64,000 bases of DNA from a virus. A program made the position numbers and the translations under genes. Shown here one piece after another: positions 37,483 through 45,418 of this stretch. Position 1 is the first letter of the stretch. Each line of letters opens with the position of its first letter. Under the pieces are notes generated by a model. The model was not told the DNA's origin. It saw nothing but the letters and a program-made list of their open reading frames with translations, and did no database searches. The DNA lies in the IMG/VR virus record IMGVR_UViG_3300025108_004223, positions 62,763-126,762 of that record, one strand, 5' to 3'.

Positions 37483-38651
37483 GCGTATTTTGCCTCCGCA
37501 ACGAAGTCTCTGTAACGGTTGCCGCTACGTAGCCATTGTTCACCATTTCCTTGCATAATATCAATCATACGATCGATAGTGCCATTATTCCAATCACTAA
37601 TCTTACCCATGTTCTCAGAAGGTGCATCAAGACCTGTGAGGATCTTTTCAACTGCATGTTCTTTACTCCATGGTGTATATAGACGTGTGTGATCGTTTGC
37701 AAACGTTTCAGGAAAACTACGATATGCAGGGTAAACTACATTACAACCTAACGCATCTGCTTCACTGACGGTATTAGATACCCAGTCTTGCAATGCACAA
37801 TTAAACAATACCTTACTGTCATTAACAATGTCATAGTATTGATTCTTCTTTAGGTCTTCGTATATTTTTAACTTACCTTCGTTTTGCATGTTATAGGCAC
37901 GGTCCAAATACTTCTGGTTGTTGCTACGCAGTGGCCCGCCACTTAGCACTGCAAACTCTACATCAGGTCTTTGTTGCAATACCATTTCAATAACATCCAT
38001 GTAAAAGTCAGGTTGTTTCTCCTGATCGAATCGGGCAGCAAAAATTACACGGTTGTTACGTTGATCAAATGGTTTAATATTATCCACACGACTTTGCACT
38101 TCTTCTTTACCAAAGCTAAGTCCTGATATATTATAAAGTGGTGCTTCCCAATTTGCAATACGCATGTGTGCAATCATTTCTTCGTTTGTTGCCAACACTG
38201 TTGCAAATTGATTAACCATTTGTTCATACAAGCTCATCCATTTACCCATGCCCCATACGTGGACAAAGTCATCTGGATCTACTGCTTGTGCCAGACACCT
38301 TACATAAACTGTAGGGCGTTGTTCTTGTGGAATTTGATTCATAATATACGGAAGGGATTCAATACCAGGTTGAAACATATCTTCAAAGAAGATTGCATCT
38401 TTACCTGTGCATTCGCCGTTACGCATCATTTGAACCAAGTTCATAATCTGTGACATTCCAAAGAAACTTCTACCATGTGCGTCGAGCACTTGGCCAACAC
38501 TAATAGCTTTAGTGTCATCAATAGTTTCTCCTGGAACGATAGTATAATCTATTCCTCGTTTTTGAAATACCGCTTCTGCCCAGTCTTGCAACTGTAATGT
38601 GTAGCGGCCTTCGTATGGTTCGAGGCCCATATAAAATAGTTTACGAAACAT
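37479..38651 (-). CDS. GT-B fold glycosyltransferase (GT4-like)
   Basis: FAARFDQEKQP, EADALGCNVVYP (E-x7-E-like region), C-terminal Rossmann domain. Confidence 0.7.
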   Translation of the reverse strand: MFRKLFYMGLEPYEGRYTLQLQDWAEAVFQKRGIDYTIVPGETIDDTKAISVGQVLDAHGRSFFGMSQIMNLVQMMRNGECTGKDAIFFEDMFQPGIESLPYIMNQIPQEQRPTVYVRCLAQAVDPDDFVHVWGMGKWMSLYEQMVNQFATVLATNEEMIAHMRIANWEAPLYNISGLSFGKEEVQSRVDNIKPFDQRNNRVIFAARFDQEKQPDFYMDVIEMVLQQRPDVEFAVLSGGPLRSNNQKYLDRAYNMQNEGKLKIYEDLKKNQYYDIVNDSKVLFNCALQDWVSNTVSEADALGCNVVYPAYRSFPETFANDHTRLYTPWSKEHAVEKILTGLDAPSENMGKISDWNNGTIDRMIDIMQGNGEQWLRSGNRYRDFVAEAKYA

Positions 38652-38988
38652 TGTTCTCCTCTTGTTTATATACTAGTTTACCAACATGAATCTTTAGCTT
38701 TTTAGGGCTACGTTCACGATGCATCTGCACATGAACATCATATGTATATGCATTTTCTTTTTCAACGTTGTCTACATTGAAGCTAAAAATCTTCCATGAA
38801 TGTTTAAGATCATTCAAGTAAGAAATAAACAAAGAGCGAATATTACTGACATCTTTGTCGCTGTGCATCAACCCATCATAAGGTTGAATAATTTTTAGTA
38901 GATCGTATTTCACATCATTAATATTATATTGGCCTGAAATACGATACCGATTAGCATGGCTAGTCTTGTTTGTAGTAGTGTTTGACAT
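38641..38988 (-). CDS. Hypothetical protein
   Basis: GAAGGA RBS; lies between QueD-like and GT genes. Confidence 0.55.
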   Translation of the reverse strand: MSNTTTNKTSHANRYRISGQYNINDVKYDLLKIIQPYDGLMHSDKDVSNIRSLFISYLNDLKHSWKIFSFNVDNVEKENAYTYDVHVQMHRERSPKKLKIHVGKLVYKQEENNVS

Positions 38989-39025
38989 GTTTCATATTCC
39001 TTCTTCTGTCAAATTAGTTTACGTT

Positions 39026-39409
39026 TTAATCATCTGTAAAAAGCATATTAGCACCATTCTCATTATCTTCAGCAACACTAATTTTAAGTTCTCGCTTTGG
39101 ATACTTGGTAAGAATAGTTTCTGCTAATTCTTCTGCAATCATTTCACAACTGCGGTGGTTTAGTTCTAATGTTCCATCACTATAAAGTGATTCCAGCCAA
39201 CGTTTGAATTGAATAAATTCAATATCTCTATCGTTGTGGGTTACACTAATTTCTACACGAAAGTGAAAAATATGCCTATGAGCATATCCTAGAAATGAAA
39301 CATCATCCCATTTACCTGTTGCTAATGCTGGATCGTCTTTAGCGGCTGGATATAAATGCACACCTTCTTTGCTAAACGTTACCCAGATATTACGTGACGC
39401 TATCTGCAT
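39026..39409 (-). CDS. queD: QueD-like T-fold protein (6-carboxytetrahydropterin synthase/PTPS family)
   Basis: H...HRH metal ligands, EFIQFKR (DF..LK equivalent), SCEMIA (T.ENLA equivalent), VAEDNENGA. Confidence 0.65.
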   Translation of the reverse strand: MQIASRNIWVTFSKEGVHLYPAAKDDPALATGKWDDVSFLGYAHRHIFHFRVEISVTHNDRDIEFIQFKRWLESLYSDGTLELNHRSCEMIAEELAETILTKYPKRELKISVAEDNENGANMLFTDD

Positions 39410-39595
39410 TTACTTAGTCTCAACGCCGGCTTTAGCACGTTCAAGTTTTAGCAATTCCCATAGCTTCCAATCAATTGCTTCAAGAAACTTCATAAGTTTC
39501 TCTGCATCAATTACGTTTTCACCAACTGGTGTTGTTGGTTCTACTGTTGGTTCAGTAGTAGTTTCTTCGTCAAGTAGTCTTACTTTTTTTACCAT
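39410..39595 (-). CDS. Hypothetical protein
   Basis: AGGAG RBS; 61 aa. Confidence 0.6.
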   Translation of the reverse strand: MVKKVRLLDEETTTEPTVEPTTPVGENVIDAEKLMKFLEAIDWKLWELLKLERAKAGVETK

Positions 39596-39605
39596 AATAT
39601 ATCTC

Positions 39606-40142
39606 CTATTTGATTATATGATCTTGTGTATATTGATCCCAATCTGTAAACACACTGCGATCCATTAAGTTATGAAGGCTATGAACCCATACACCTTCGT
39701 TAGTAGCATCAAAATCAACATCGTCAATCTTAACACATGCATTATATCCCATTTGATCAACATAAGGAATTCTTATGCTTATCATTGGAATAAATCTGCG
39801 ATACTCAGTGTAGCCACTTTCAAGGACATAATCTGAATATTTGTTTTCAAAGTCTAGTGTTACCCAAAAGTCTGCTCTAAGCAAACTCGTTATCATGGGA
39901 TCCCAGGCTTTGTTTTCTTCATCAGTGCCATGTGGCAACTGAATATTAAATGACATGTTTGCACCTAAGTAAATATGTTTACAATCATGTTCTTTTGCTA
40001 ATACTAAGATTTCTGCAACGGATGTGTCTGTTCCCACTACAAAGAGTGTCTTCATACCATATGCTGGTGTGCGTTCTATTTCTTTGCCTACAAACAATGT
40101 AGTGCCAGTTACACCATCTGCTTTATCATAGTTTCTTTTCAT
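39606..40142 (-). CDS. Hypothetical protein in deazaguanine cluster
   Basis: 178 aa between TGT-like and QueD-like genes; HIYLGAN motif. Confidence 0.65.
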   Translation of the reverse strand: MKRNYDKADGVTGTTLFVGKEIERTPAYGMKTLFVVGTDTSVAEILVLAKEHDCKHIYLGANMSFNIQLPHGTDEENKAWDPMITSLLRADFWVTLDFENKYSDYVLESGYTEYRRFIPMISIRIPYVDQMGYNACVKIDDVDFDATNEGVWVHSLHNLMDRSVFTDWDQYTQDHIIK

Positions 40143-40342
40143 TACTGTTCTCGTTCTGCAATTGTTGTTTCTAGTTTAACGATTTCTTCTTTAATTGAAA
40201 GTTTTTCTTTTTTCATTTTATGAAGTTCTATATCGTTTATATGATTACTATACGCTTCTTTTATATCTTTGTCAAGTGTTTTATGCTTAATAACTAAAGC
40301 ATCTTTGTGCCTTAGTAGACTGTTTATTGTTCCTGTTCCCAT
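40142..40342 (-). CDS. DUF465/YdcH-like coiled-coil protein
   Basis: KHKTLDKDI...MKKEKLSIKEEI. Confidence 0.65.
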   Translation of the reverse strand: MGTGTINSLLRHKDALVIKHKTLDKDIKEAYSNHINDIELHKMKKEKLSIKEEIVKLETTIAEREQ

Positions 40343-40355
40343 TTCACTCTCCTTG

Positions 40356-41849
40356 TTATAATGTTTCTAAGAAGTCTTCAGCCGCTTCGGCTTGTTCAGA
40401 AGTAAACTCTCCATCGGATTCTTCTTGAACTGCATCACCGGTATCAAACAAACTATCAAACGCACCTTGTGTCGTTTTAATAGTTTTCATACCGCTGAAG
40501 TGTGTTAGCATTGGCTGTGCTTCTTCTAGCATCTGCATAGGTGTCTCACTCTTAAATAATTTATTTACAAATTCAGTAACATAAATTACATCACGTGGAA
40601 CCCATAAGTCAAATTCACTTTGCCCAGGCTTAACCTTATTCCATTCTAAGTGACTAGGCTGATATTTTGTTGTAGCAATGTCGGCCAGTGTGTTAGCACG
40701 TTGACATGCTTCAATGTGTTGATAAACGTTATGTGCCATTAGCAAGAAGTATGAGAAACTATCCCAACTAGTCTTGCCTTCCTTGCCAATTTTATTAAGC
40801 ATACCCGGACCCATATAACATAAGTCACCCATGTTCATACGTTCTCCAATAGGACTGTTAAAAGGAAAAGGTATTTTACTGTGCTGAAAACGTTTATCGT
40901 CTACTGCCTGTTCCATAACATAACTAAACTTATTATTCCTATGAACGTGTTGTGTATACGCTTGCCCCTTGGCAGTAGTAATAAAAGGACTTGCCGCATC
41001 ATATGTCACCATCATGTCAGGATTAATAGTTTCTCTTATGTTACGCTGAATTGCTGTAAAGATACAAGACCAATTCAGTTTGCTTGTGCCTAAGTAGTGA
41101 ATTAAATCTCTACCTGGATCAAGCATCTTCTCATCACGCATAACAATAAGTCTGCGTAATGCAAGATGTAATTGCTTCATGTTGTAACCAGCCATTGCCC
41201 AACCTTCAAATGGATAATGCTTAACTGCTGAATACCAATCGTCTGCTTGTTGTTCGTTGTTGCCTTGTAACACATTTAAGAACTTAGTGTTACCTGTTCT
41301 GTTTCTAACAAAGTAATCATTGTTATGCATTGTATATTCTAAACAGTCTACCCAGTCTGTTAGTCCTGTTTTAGCATTAAGCGGTGGAGCCGCTGCTAAT
41401 GTAGGAATATCTAACACCATACTATAATCTGCGGTATGTTCTAACCAGTTTAGAATTGTCTTACGCAAGTCATCATTTGTTTTAAAGTTTGGCCAATCAC
41501 ATTTGATTACACCTGTAGCAATCTGGAACCCACCACTGTCGCCTAGGATAAAACTATTATTCCTATCACGCTTTTGAATCATTGGTTCCTGTTCGTCACT
41601 CTTAACTGTGTCTCGAGTGGCGTGTCCGGCAGAGTAAAGACCCCACTTGTAATTGTAGTAATTGTCCTTAGGCTTTAAAAAGTCAAAGCCATCAATTCCA
41701 TATTCAAAGCCTGCAGGCATACGCTCAGGCTTAACAAAGTCTGGACGCTTTTGTGCTTGTGCTATGAACTTAGAATAGAAACTACTGATGCTCGGTAAGA
41801 ACACACTGTAGTCTTTATTGCTGGTTGTTAGGTCTTTTCTGTCTGCCAT
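40356..41849 (-). CDS. tgt: Guanine transglycosylase (TGT fold; DpdA/DpdA2-like, probably DNA-acting)
   Basis: GDSGGFQ, VLDIP, VLQG, GWAMAG, HYLG, YDAASP align with TGT catalytic blocks; no C-terminal zinc site; next to sliding clamp. Confidence 0.8.
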   Translation of the reverse strand: MADRKDLTTSNKDYSVFLPSISSFYSKFIAQAQKRPDFVKPERMPAGFEYGIDGFDFLKPKDNYYNYKWGLYSAGHATRDTVKSDEQEPMIQKRDRNNSFILGDSGGFQIATGVIKCDWPNFKTNDDLRKTILNWLEHTADYSMVLDIPTLAAAPPLNAKTGLTDWVDCLEYTMHNNDYFVRNRTGNTKFLNVLQGNNEQQADDWYSAVKHYPFEGWAMAGYNMKQLHLALRRLIVMRDEKMLDPGRDLIHYLGTSKLNWSCIFTAIQRNIRETINPDMMVTYDAASPFITTAKGQAYTQHVHRNNKFSYVMEQAVDDKRFQHSKIPFPFNSPIGERMNMGDLCYMGPGMLNKIGKEGKTSWDSFSYFLLMAHNVYQHIEACQRANTLADIATTKYQPSHLEWNKVKPGQSEFDLWVPRDVIYVTEFVNKLFKSETPMQMLEEAQPMLTHFSGMKTIKTTQGAFDSLFDTGDAVQEESDGEFTSEQAEAAEDFLETL

Positions 41850-41854
41850 TTATA

Positions 41855-42604
41855 CTATACCGTTAATGCTGGAAGAATGTAATCATATTTGCCAATGCCT
41901 GAGTCTACACTAATCTGTAGGGCACCACGTTTACTAATTTCCATTACACATGTTCCTGACATGCCTAACTTCAAAATAGCTAATACTTGTGCTAGTGGCC
42001 AAGCATAGCCTTCGTTTAGTTCTCCGCTAATGTTTTTAGCAAATGTTCGCTTACCTGTAAATGATCCATCTGGAGCACCTACTGTAACAATTAAGTCACC
42101 GTCTTCTGTTTTAACAGTAAAGTTTGGCTCGATACCGCCGTAAATTCCTGCGATAGCATTAAGTTCTGCAACTTTATTTTTAGTTGGTTCAAAAGTAACA
42201 TCCCAATCAGCACCTTTAAACTTTACAGTTTGTAGTGTCTGTTCGATAATCTCTTTTGACATAAAACGATATTGGTCTGTGTTGCCATCTACATCTTTAA
42301 ACATTAGATGATCTGGCATTTGAACTCCATTACGTTCGCGTGAAACAACTTCAACGGAAGCTGTATCTTCTTGATAGTTTGATAGTGATGTTACACCTGC
42401 TAAGAAACCTAGGTTACCTAATCCAAACTCACCTTTAAAGTCTGGTTGTGCATTGTGTAATGTTGCGTGTAAGATAACTGTGCGATCGGCATCCATTGCA
42501 TCTAGCTCTGTTGCTTCATCTGTTCCTGTTACTTTTACATTTGTAATAAAACCAAGACCTGCTGTATGTTTTACGATGTCTTGAACTACGTCACGTGTGC
42601 TCAT
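41855..42604 (-). CDS. Sliding clamp (T4 gp45-like)
   Basis: 249-aa two-domain alpha/beta protein with EFGLGNL, QYRFM and terminal YILP pattern typical of phage clamps. Confidence 0.65.
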   Translation of the reverse strand: MSTRDVVQDIVKHTAGLGFITNVKVTGTDEATELDAMDADRTVILHATLHNAQPDFKGEFGLGNLGFLAGVTSLSNYQEDTASVEVVSRERNGVQMPDHLMFKDVDGNTDQYRFMSKEIIEQTLQTVKFKGADWDVTFEPTKNKVAELNAIAGIYGGIEPNFTVKTEDGDLIVTVGAPDGSFTGKRTFAKNISGELNEGYAWPLAQVLAILKLGMSGTCVMEISKRGALQISVDSGIGKYDYILPALTV

Positions 42605-42642
42605 ATGATTCTCCTATTGATAATTGTAATATAACTATAATA

Positions 42643-42671
42643 ATTGTATAATAGTATTTAGAAAATGTCAA
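42643..42671 (-). promoter_or_regulatory. sigma70-type promoter for clamp/TGT operon
   Basis: TTGACA-N17-TACAAT. Confidence 0.7.
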
Positions 42672-42751
42672 GTAAAAAGACCATTTATGGCTTTAAAATT
42701 GATATTTTTTATTATACAAGTTTCTAGTCAGTTTTGTTGTGTCATATAGTT

Positions 42752-42780
42752 ATTATACAACATATATAGTTAGGTGTCAA
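42752..42780 (-). promoter_or_regulatory. sigma70-type promoter
   Basis: Consensus TTGACA-N17-TATAAT. Confidence 0.8.
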
Positions 42781-42836
42781 CCTATGTATTAGTATCTATT
42801 GCTGATATTCAGCTATTAACTGCTTTGTGAATGATT

Positions 42837-42913
42837 TGGCCCGCTCTACAGGATTCGAACCTGTGACCTACGGCTTAGAAGGCCGTTGCTCTATCCAGCT
42901 GAGCTAAGAGCGG
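42837..42913 (-). tRNA. tRNA-Arg (UCU)
   Basis: Cloverleaf CCGCTCT/AGAGCGG, loop CTTCTAA, GGTTCGAATCC, encoded CCA. Confidence 0.95.
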
Positions 42914-42932
42914 GCATTGTTATTAACGCTTT

Positions 42933-43009
42933 TGGCGTGCCTGAAGAGACTCGAACTCCTGGCCTCATCTTCCGCAAAGATACGCTCTATCCAACTGAGC
43001 TACAGGCAC
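42933..43009 (-). tRNA. tRNA-Arg (GCG)
   Basis: Acceptor GTGCCTG/CAGGCAC, anticodon stem TATCT/AGATG, loop TTGCGGA, A20, G73, encoded CCA. Confidence 0.9.
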
Positions 43010-43011
43010 GT

Positions 43012-43146
43012 TTATCCGAAATGCTTTGTAATAGCATTTGGTAATTTTGATTTGATTGGGTTCCATATTGCTGCTTCTGCCTTGCCTATAAACTTAGGTC
43101 TTGGCACTAGCCATCCAATTAGAACTCCTAGTAAAAAATATCCCAT
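43012..43146 (-). CDS. 44-aa membrane-anchored peptide
   Basis: MGYFLLGVLIGWLVPRPK... after AAGGAGG RBS. Confidence 0.6.
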   Translation of the reverse strand: MGYFLLGVLIGWLVPRPKFIGKAEAAIWNPIKSKLPNAITKHFG

Positions 43147-43164
43147 TTGTCCTCCTTCTTTGTG

Positions 43165-43623
43165 TTATTCAAATGGACTCATTGGTGGCTTGGGTGGGTG
43201 ACGAGGTTGACGTTCCATCCATAACTTTACAACCATTAGCAACTGTGTATCTATATCATCAAACCATTGGCTTACATGATAGTCTACTTTAGTTGGCTTT
43301 TCAAACATGAGGTTTGTATCATCGAAGCGTCCTTCTTTGATAGTATCCATCCATACTGAATAATCTGGATTAAATTCTTTTCGTGCTTCTTCAGTAGGGC
43401 ATATGAAATCAGCAACTGCAATTTTGCCTGCCTTGACTACACCGTCTGATAAAAGACGCATACGTTGTGCTTGTCTAATACGACCAGACAAACTAAAGTC
43501 GTAATCATTATAACTTGTTCTTACTTCATCAGCATTGATATGCACACCACCTACTAATTCTGCAAATGGTTTTGCTAGTGTAGTTTTTCCACTGCCTGGT
43601 AGTCCAAAGATTAAGATCTTCAA
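43165..43623 (-). CDS. cysC: Adenylylsulfate (APS) kinase-like
   Basis: GLPGSGKTTLA, NADEVR, DFS..GR..Q, DFICP; TTG start with GAGGAG RBS. Confidence 0.75.
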   Translation of the reverse strand: MKILIFGLPGSGKTTLAKPFAELVGGVHINADEVRTSYNDYDFSLSGRIRQAQRMRLLSDGVVKAGKIAVADFICPTEEARKEFNPDYSVWMDTIKEGRFDDTNLMFEKPTKVDYHVSQWFDDIDTQLLMVVKLWMERQPRHPPKPPMSPFE

Positions 43624-43733
43624 TCCAAATTCTCCTCATGGAAGCTCGGGCATCCATCATCTGTGCAATTGTTTTCTATGTGGTTAGCATTGTATATGAA
43701 CAATGCTGTAATCATTATTATTATATATTCCAT
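43620..43733 (-). CDS. 37-aa peptide: hydrophobic leader plus C-x4-C
   Basis: MEYIIIMITALFIYNANHIENNCTDDGCPSFHEENLD; ATG 6 nt after a -10 box. Confidence 0.55.
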   Translation of the reverse strand: MEYIIIMITALFIYNANHIENNCTDDGCPSFHEENLD

Positions 43734-43739
43734 TGTTAT

Positions 43740-43768
43740 ATAATAGACTAAAAGTGATGTTTTGTCAA
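43740..43768 (-). promoter_or_regulatory. sigma70-type promoter (leaderless)
   Basis: TTGACA-N17-TATTAT. Confidence 0.7.
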
Positions 43769-44412
43769 GTAATACTTTTAAAATCTCTACACATAAAACT
43801 TGGTCTGTAGAAATCTATTTTAGGAACTGCATGCCATGTTTCTGAGCTTGCAGTAAAGGACCATGATTGATTAGGTGTGTATGGCACTTGATACTGTGCC
43901 ATGCTTGGATTAGATAAATTACGCACATCAATGTCATCATCGTCTTCTGGGCAAATATTAGATATTATTACTCCACTGTGTGCTTTATCATTGTTCTTTG
44001 CCATGTAGACTTGAAAGGTAGTAACCTCTACACCTGGATAGGAGTCAAGATCATTGTGCCATGCTTGATCAAATCCTGGATAATCTAAATGCCACAAGTA
44101 ACTATAACGTGTAAAATCTACTCCTGTTTTTTCAAGTATATGTGCTTTAAGTTCTCCTGTCCACAACCAGTCATAAAACTCACGTAAGAATCCTGTGGAC
44201 TTTTCACGTGCTTTTTCATCTATCATTACTACTTGTCCTTGTGGATAAGCCGGATCACTGCCATCATCATTATATACTGGCCAATCTTTTACTGCTTCAG
44301 AATATAATATATTTGTAAGATTCTCATATACTTCTGGAGTAAAGAAGCCACTTTGCGATGTTATATACTTCCATGGATGCGTATACTTATTATATGTTGG
44401 ATTGGTAATCAT
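43765..44412 (-). CDS. 2OG-Fe(II) oxygenase-like protein
   Basis: AWHND (H-x-D), FQVYM, TWHAVP, RPSF. Confidence 0.6.
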   Translation of the reverse strand: MITNPTYNKYTHPWKYITSQSGFFTPEVYENLTNILYSEAVKDWPVYNDDGSDPAYPQGQVVMIDEKAREKSTGFLREFYDWLWTGELKAHILEKTGVDFTRYSYLWHLDYPGFDQAWHNDLDSYPGVEVTTFQVYMAKNNDKAHSGVIISNICPEDDDDIDVRNLSNPSMAQYQVPYTPNQSWSFTASSETWHAVPKIDFYRPSFMCRDFKSIT

Positions 44413-44732
44413 AATAACGGGTTCTTGTGTGGGTTGCTTGCGTTGTTAATTTTATTTATTACTTCTTGCATCGAAGAACCTACGGCCTGTAGTGCTTCTT
44501 CGCAACTCGATGTTTGTTTATCATCATTGTATGTCTGATCAAATGCATCAAGAAATGCATCTTGTAATTTTTGATCTACTTCTCTTTGTATCATTACTTG
44601 TTCTATATTGGGTCTGAGTTTTTTAAATTGGGGAATATCTTCTTCACATACTAGCACAAGACCTCCAGCCATACTACCTATAAACATAGCCTGGAGAGCA
44701 TTTGAAAGCATATTAATAAAAGTATCTATCAT
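44409..44732 (-). CDS. Hypothetical membrane/secreted protein
   Basis: Hydrophobic N-terminus, two Cys. Confidence 0.5.
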   Translation of the reverse strand: MIDTFINMLSNALQAMFIGSMAGGLVLVCEEDIPQFKKLRPNIEQVMIQREVDQKLQDAFLDAFDQTYNDDKQTSSCEEALQAVGSSMQEVINKINNASNPHKNPLL

Positions 44733-45418
44733 GTGTCACTTGCCAATTGTTTACTAAGAAATTCTTCTGCATAGTATCTACTTGCACTTGTCCTTGGATG
44801 CCAATTGTCTGGCATAAACTCTTGATCGGTTTTGATACACCAGTCGACTAACGGTTCATCAATATAGTTTACATTGTTCTTGTCGAACACATCTGTAATT
44901 TGTTCCCACGTTTTTTCTGGGGCGTGTGGTATTATACCTGTCCAACCTCTAAATGCATATACTGTTACGCCTGCATTTGCTAATAGACATAACTTACTTA
45001 CTACTCTTGTTAACAGTATGATATGATTATGGTGTTCGTCATAGTGCATACCATGGCTTAGGCTGGAACCCCATAGCATATACTGTTTGCCAAAGTATCC
45101 TTCCCATAGAAGACTTCGTTGGTCTGGAAGTATATTGCTCAGCTCCCTTAACTTCGTTTTGTGGTCTATCAACTCTTTCGAAACTCCTGATGAGTATATT
45201 CCACCGCCTCTTTCCATACCAGTCATTTGATATACTACAGTTAAATCTTTTGTTGTGTTGTGATATAAGTATTCGTCTATACAGTCTAGCAGTTGTTGAT
45301 TGCCGCCGCCACCGAACCCATAGTTTGTATGTATATCGAATTGTCCAGCTTGATTGCATGTATACGGCCACGAGTCAATTGGAGCTAAACTACATCCTAG
45401 AGTCAGTAACTTCTTCAT
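44729..45418 (-). CDS. SGNH/GDSL hydrolase-like protein
   Basis: LGCSLA, GFGGGGN, DNWHP. Confidence 0.55.
   Translation of the reverse strand: MKKLLTLGCSLAPIDSWPYTCNQAGQFDIHTNYGFGGGGNQQLLDCIDEYLYHNTTKDLTVVYQMTGMERGGGIYSSGVSKELIDHKTKLRELSNILPDQRSLLWEGYFGKQYMLWGSSLSHGMHYDEHHNHIILLTRVVSKLCLLANAGVTVYAFRGWTGIIPHAPEKTWEQITDVFDKNNVNYIDEPLVDWCIKTDQEFMPDNWHPRTSASRYYAEEFLSKQLASDT

Noticed and set aside
40356-41849. Reading the TGT-fold gene as an ordinary tRNA-guanine transglycosylase
   Set aside because: It lacks the C-terminal zinc site, is longer, follows the sliding clamp, and neither tRNA here is a GUN-anticodon queuosine substrate. Not excluded, but less likely.
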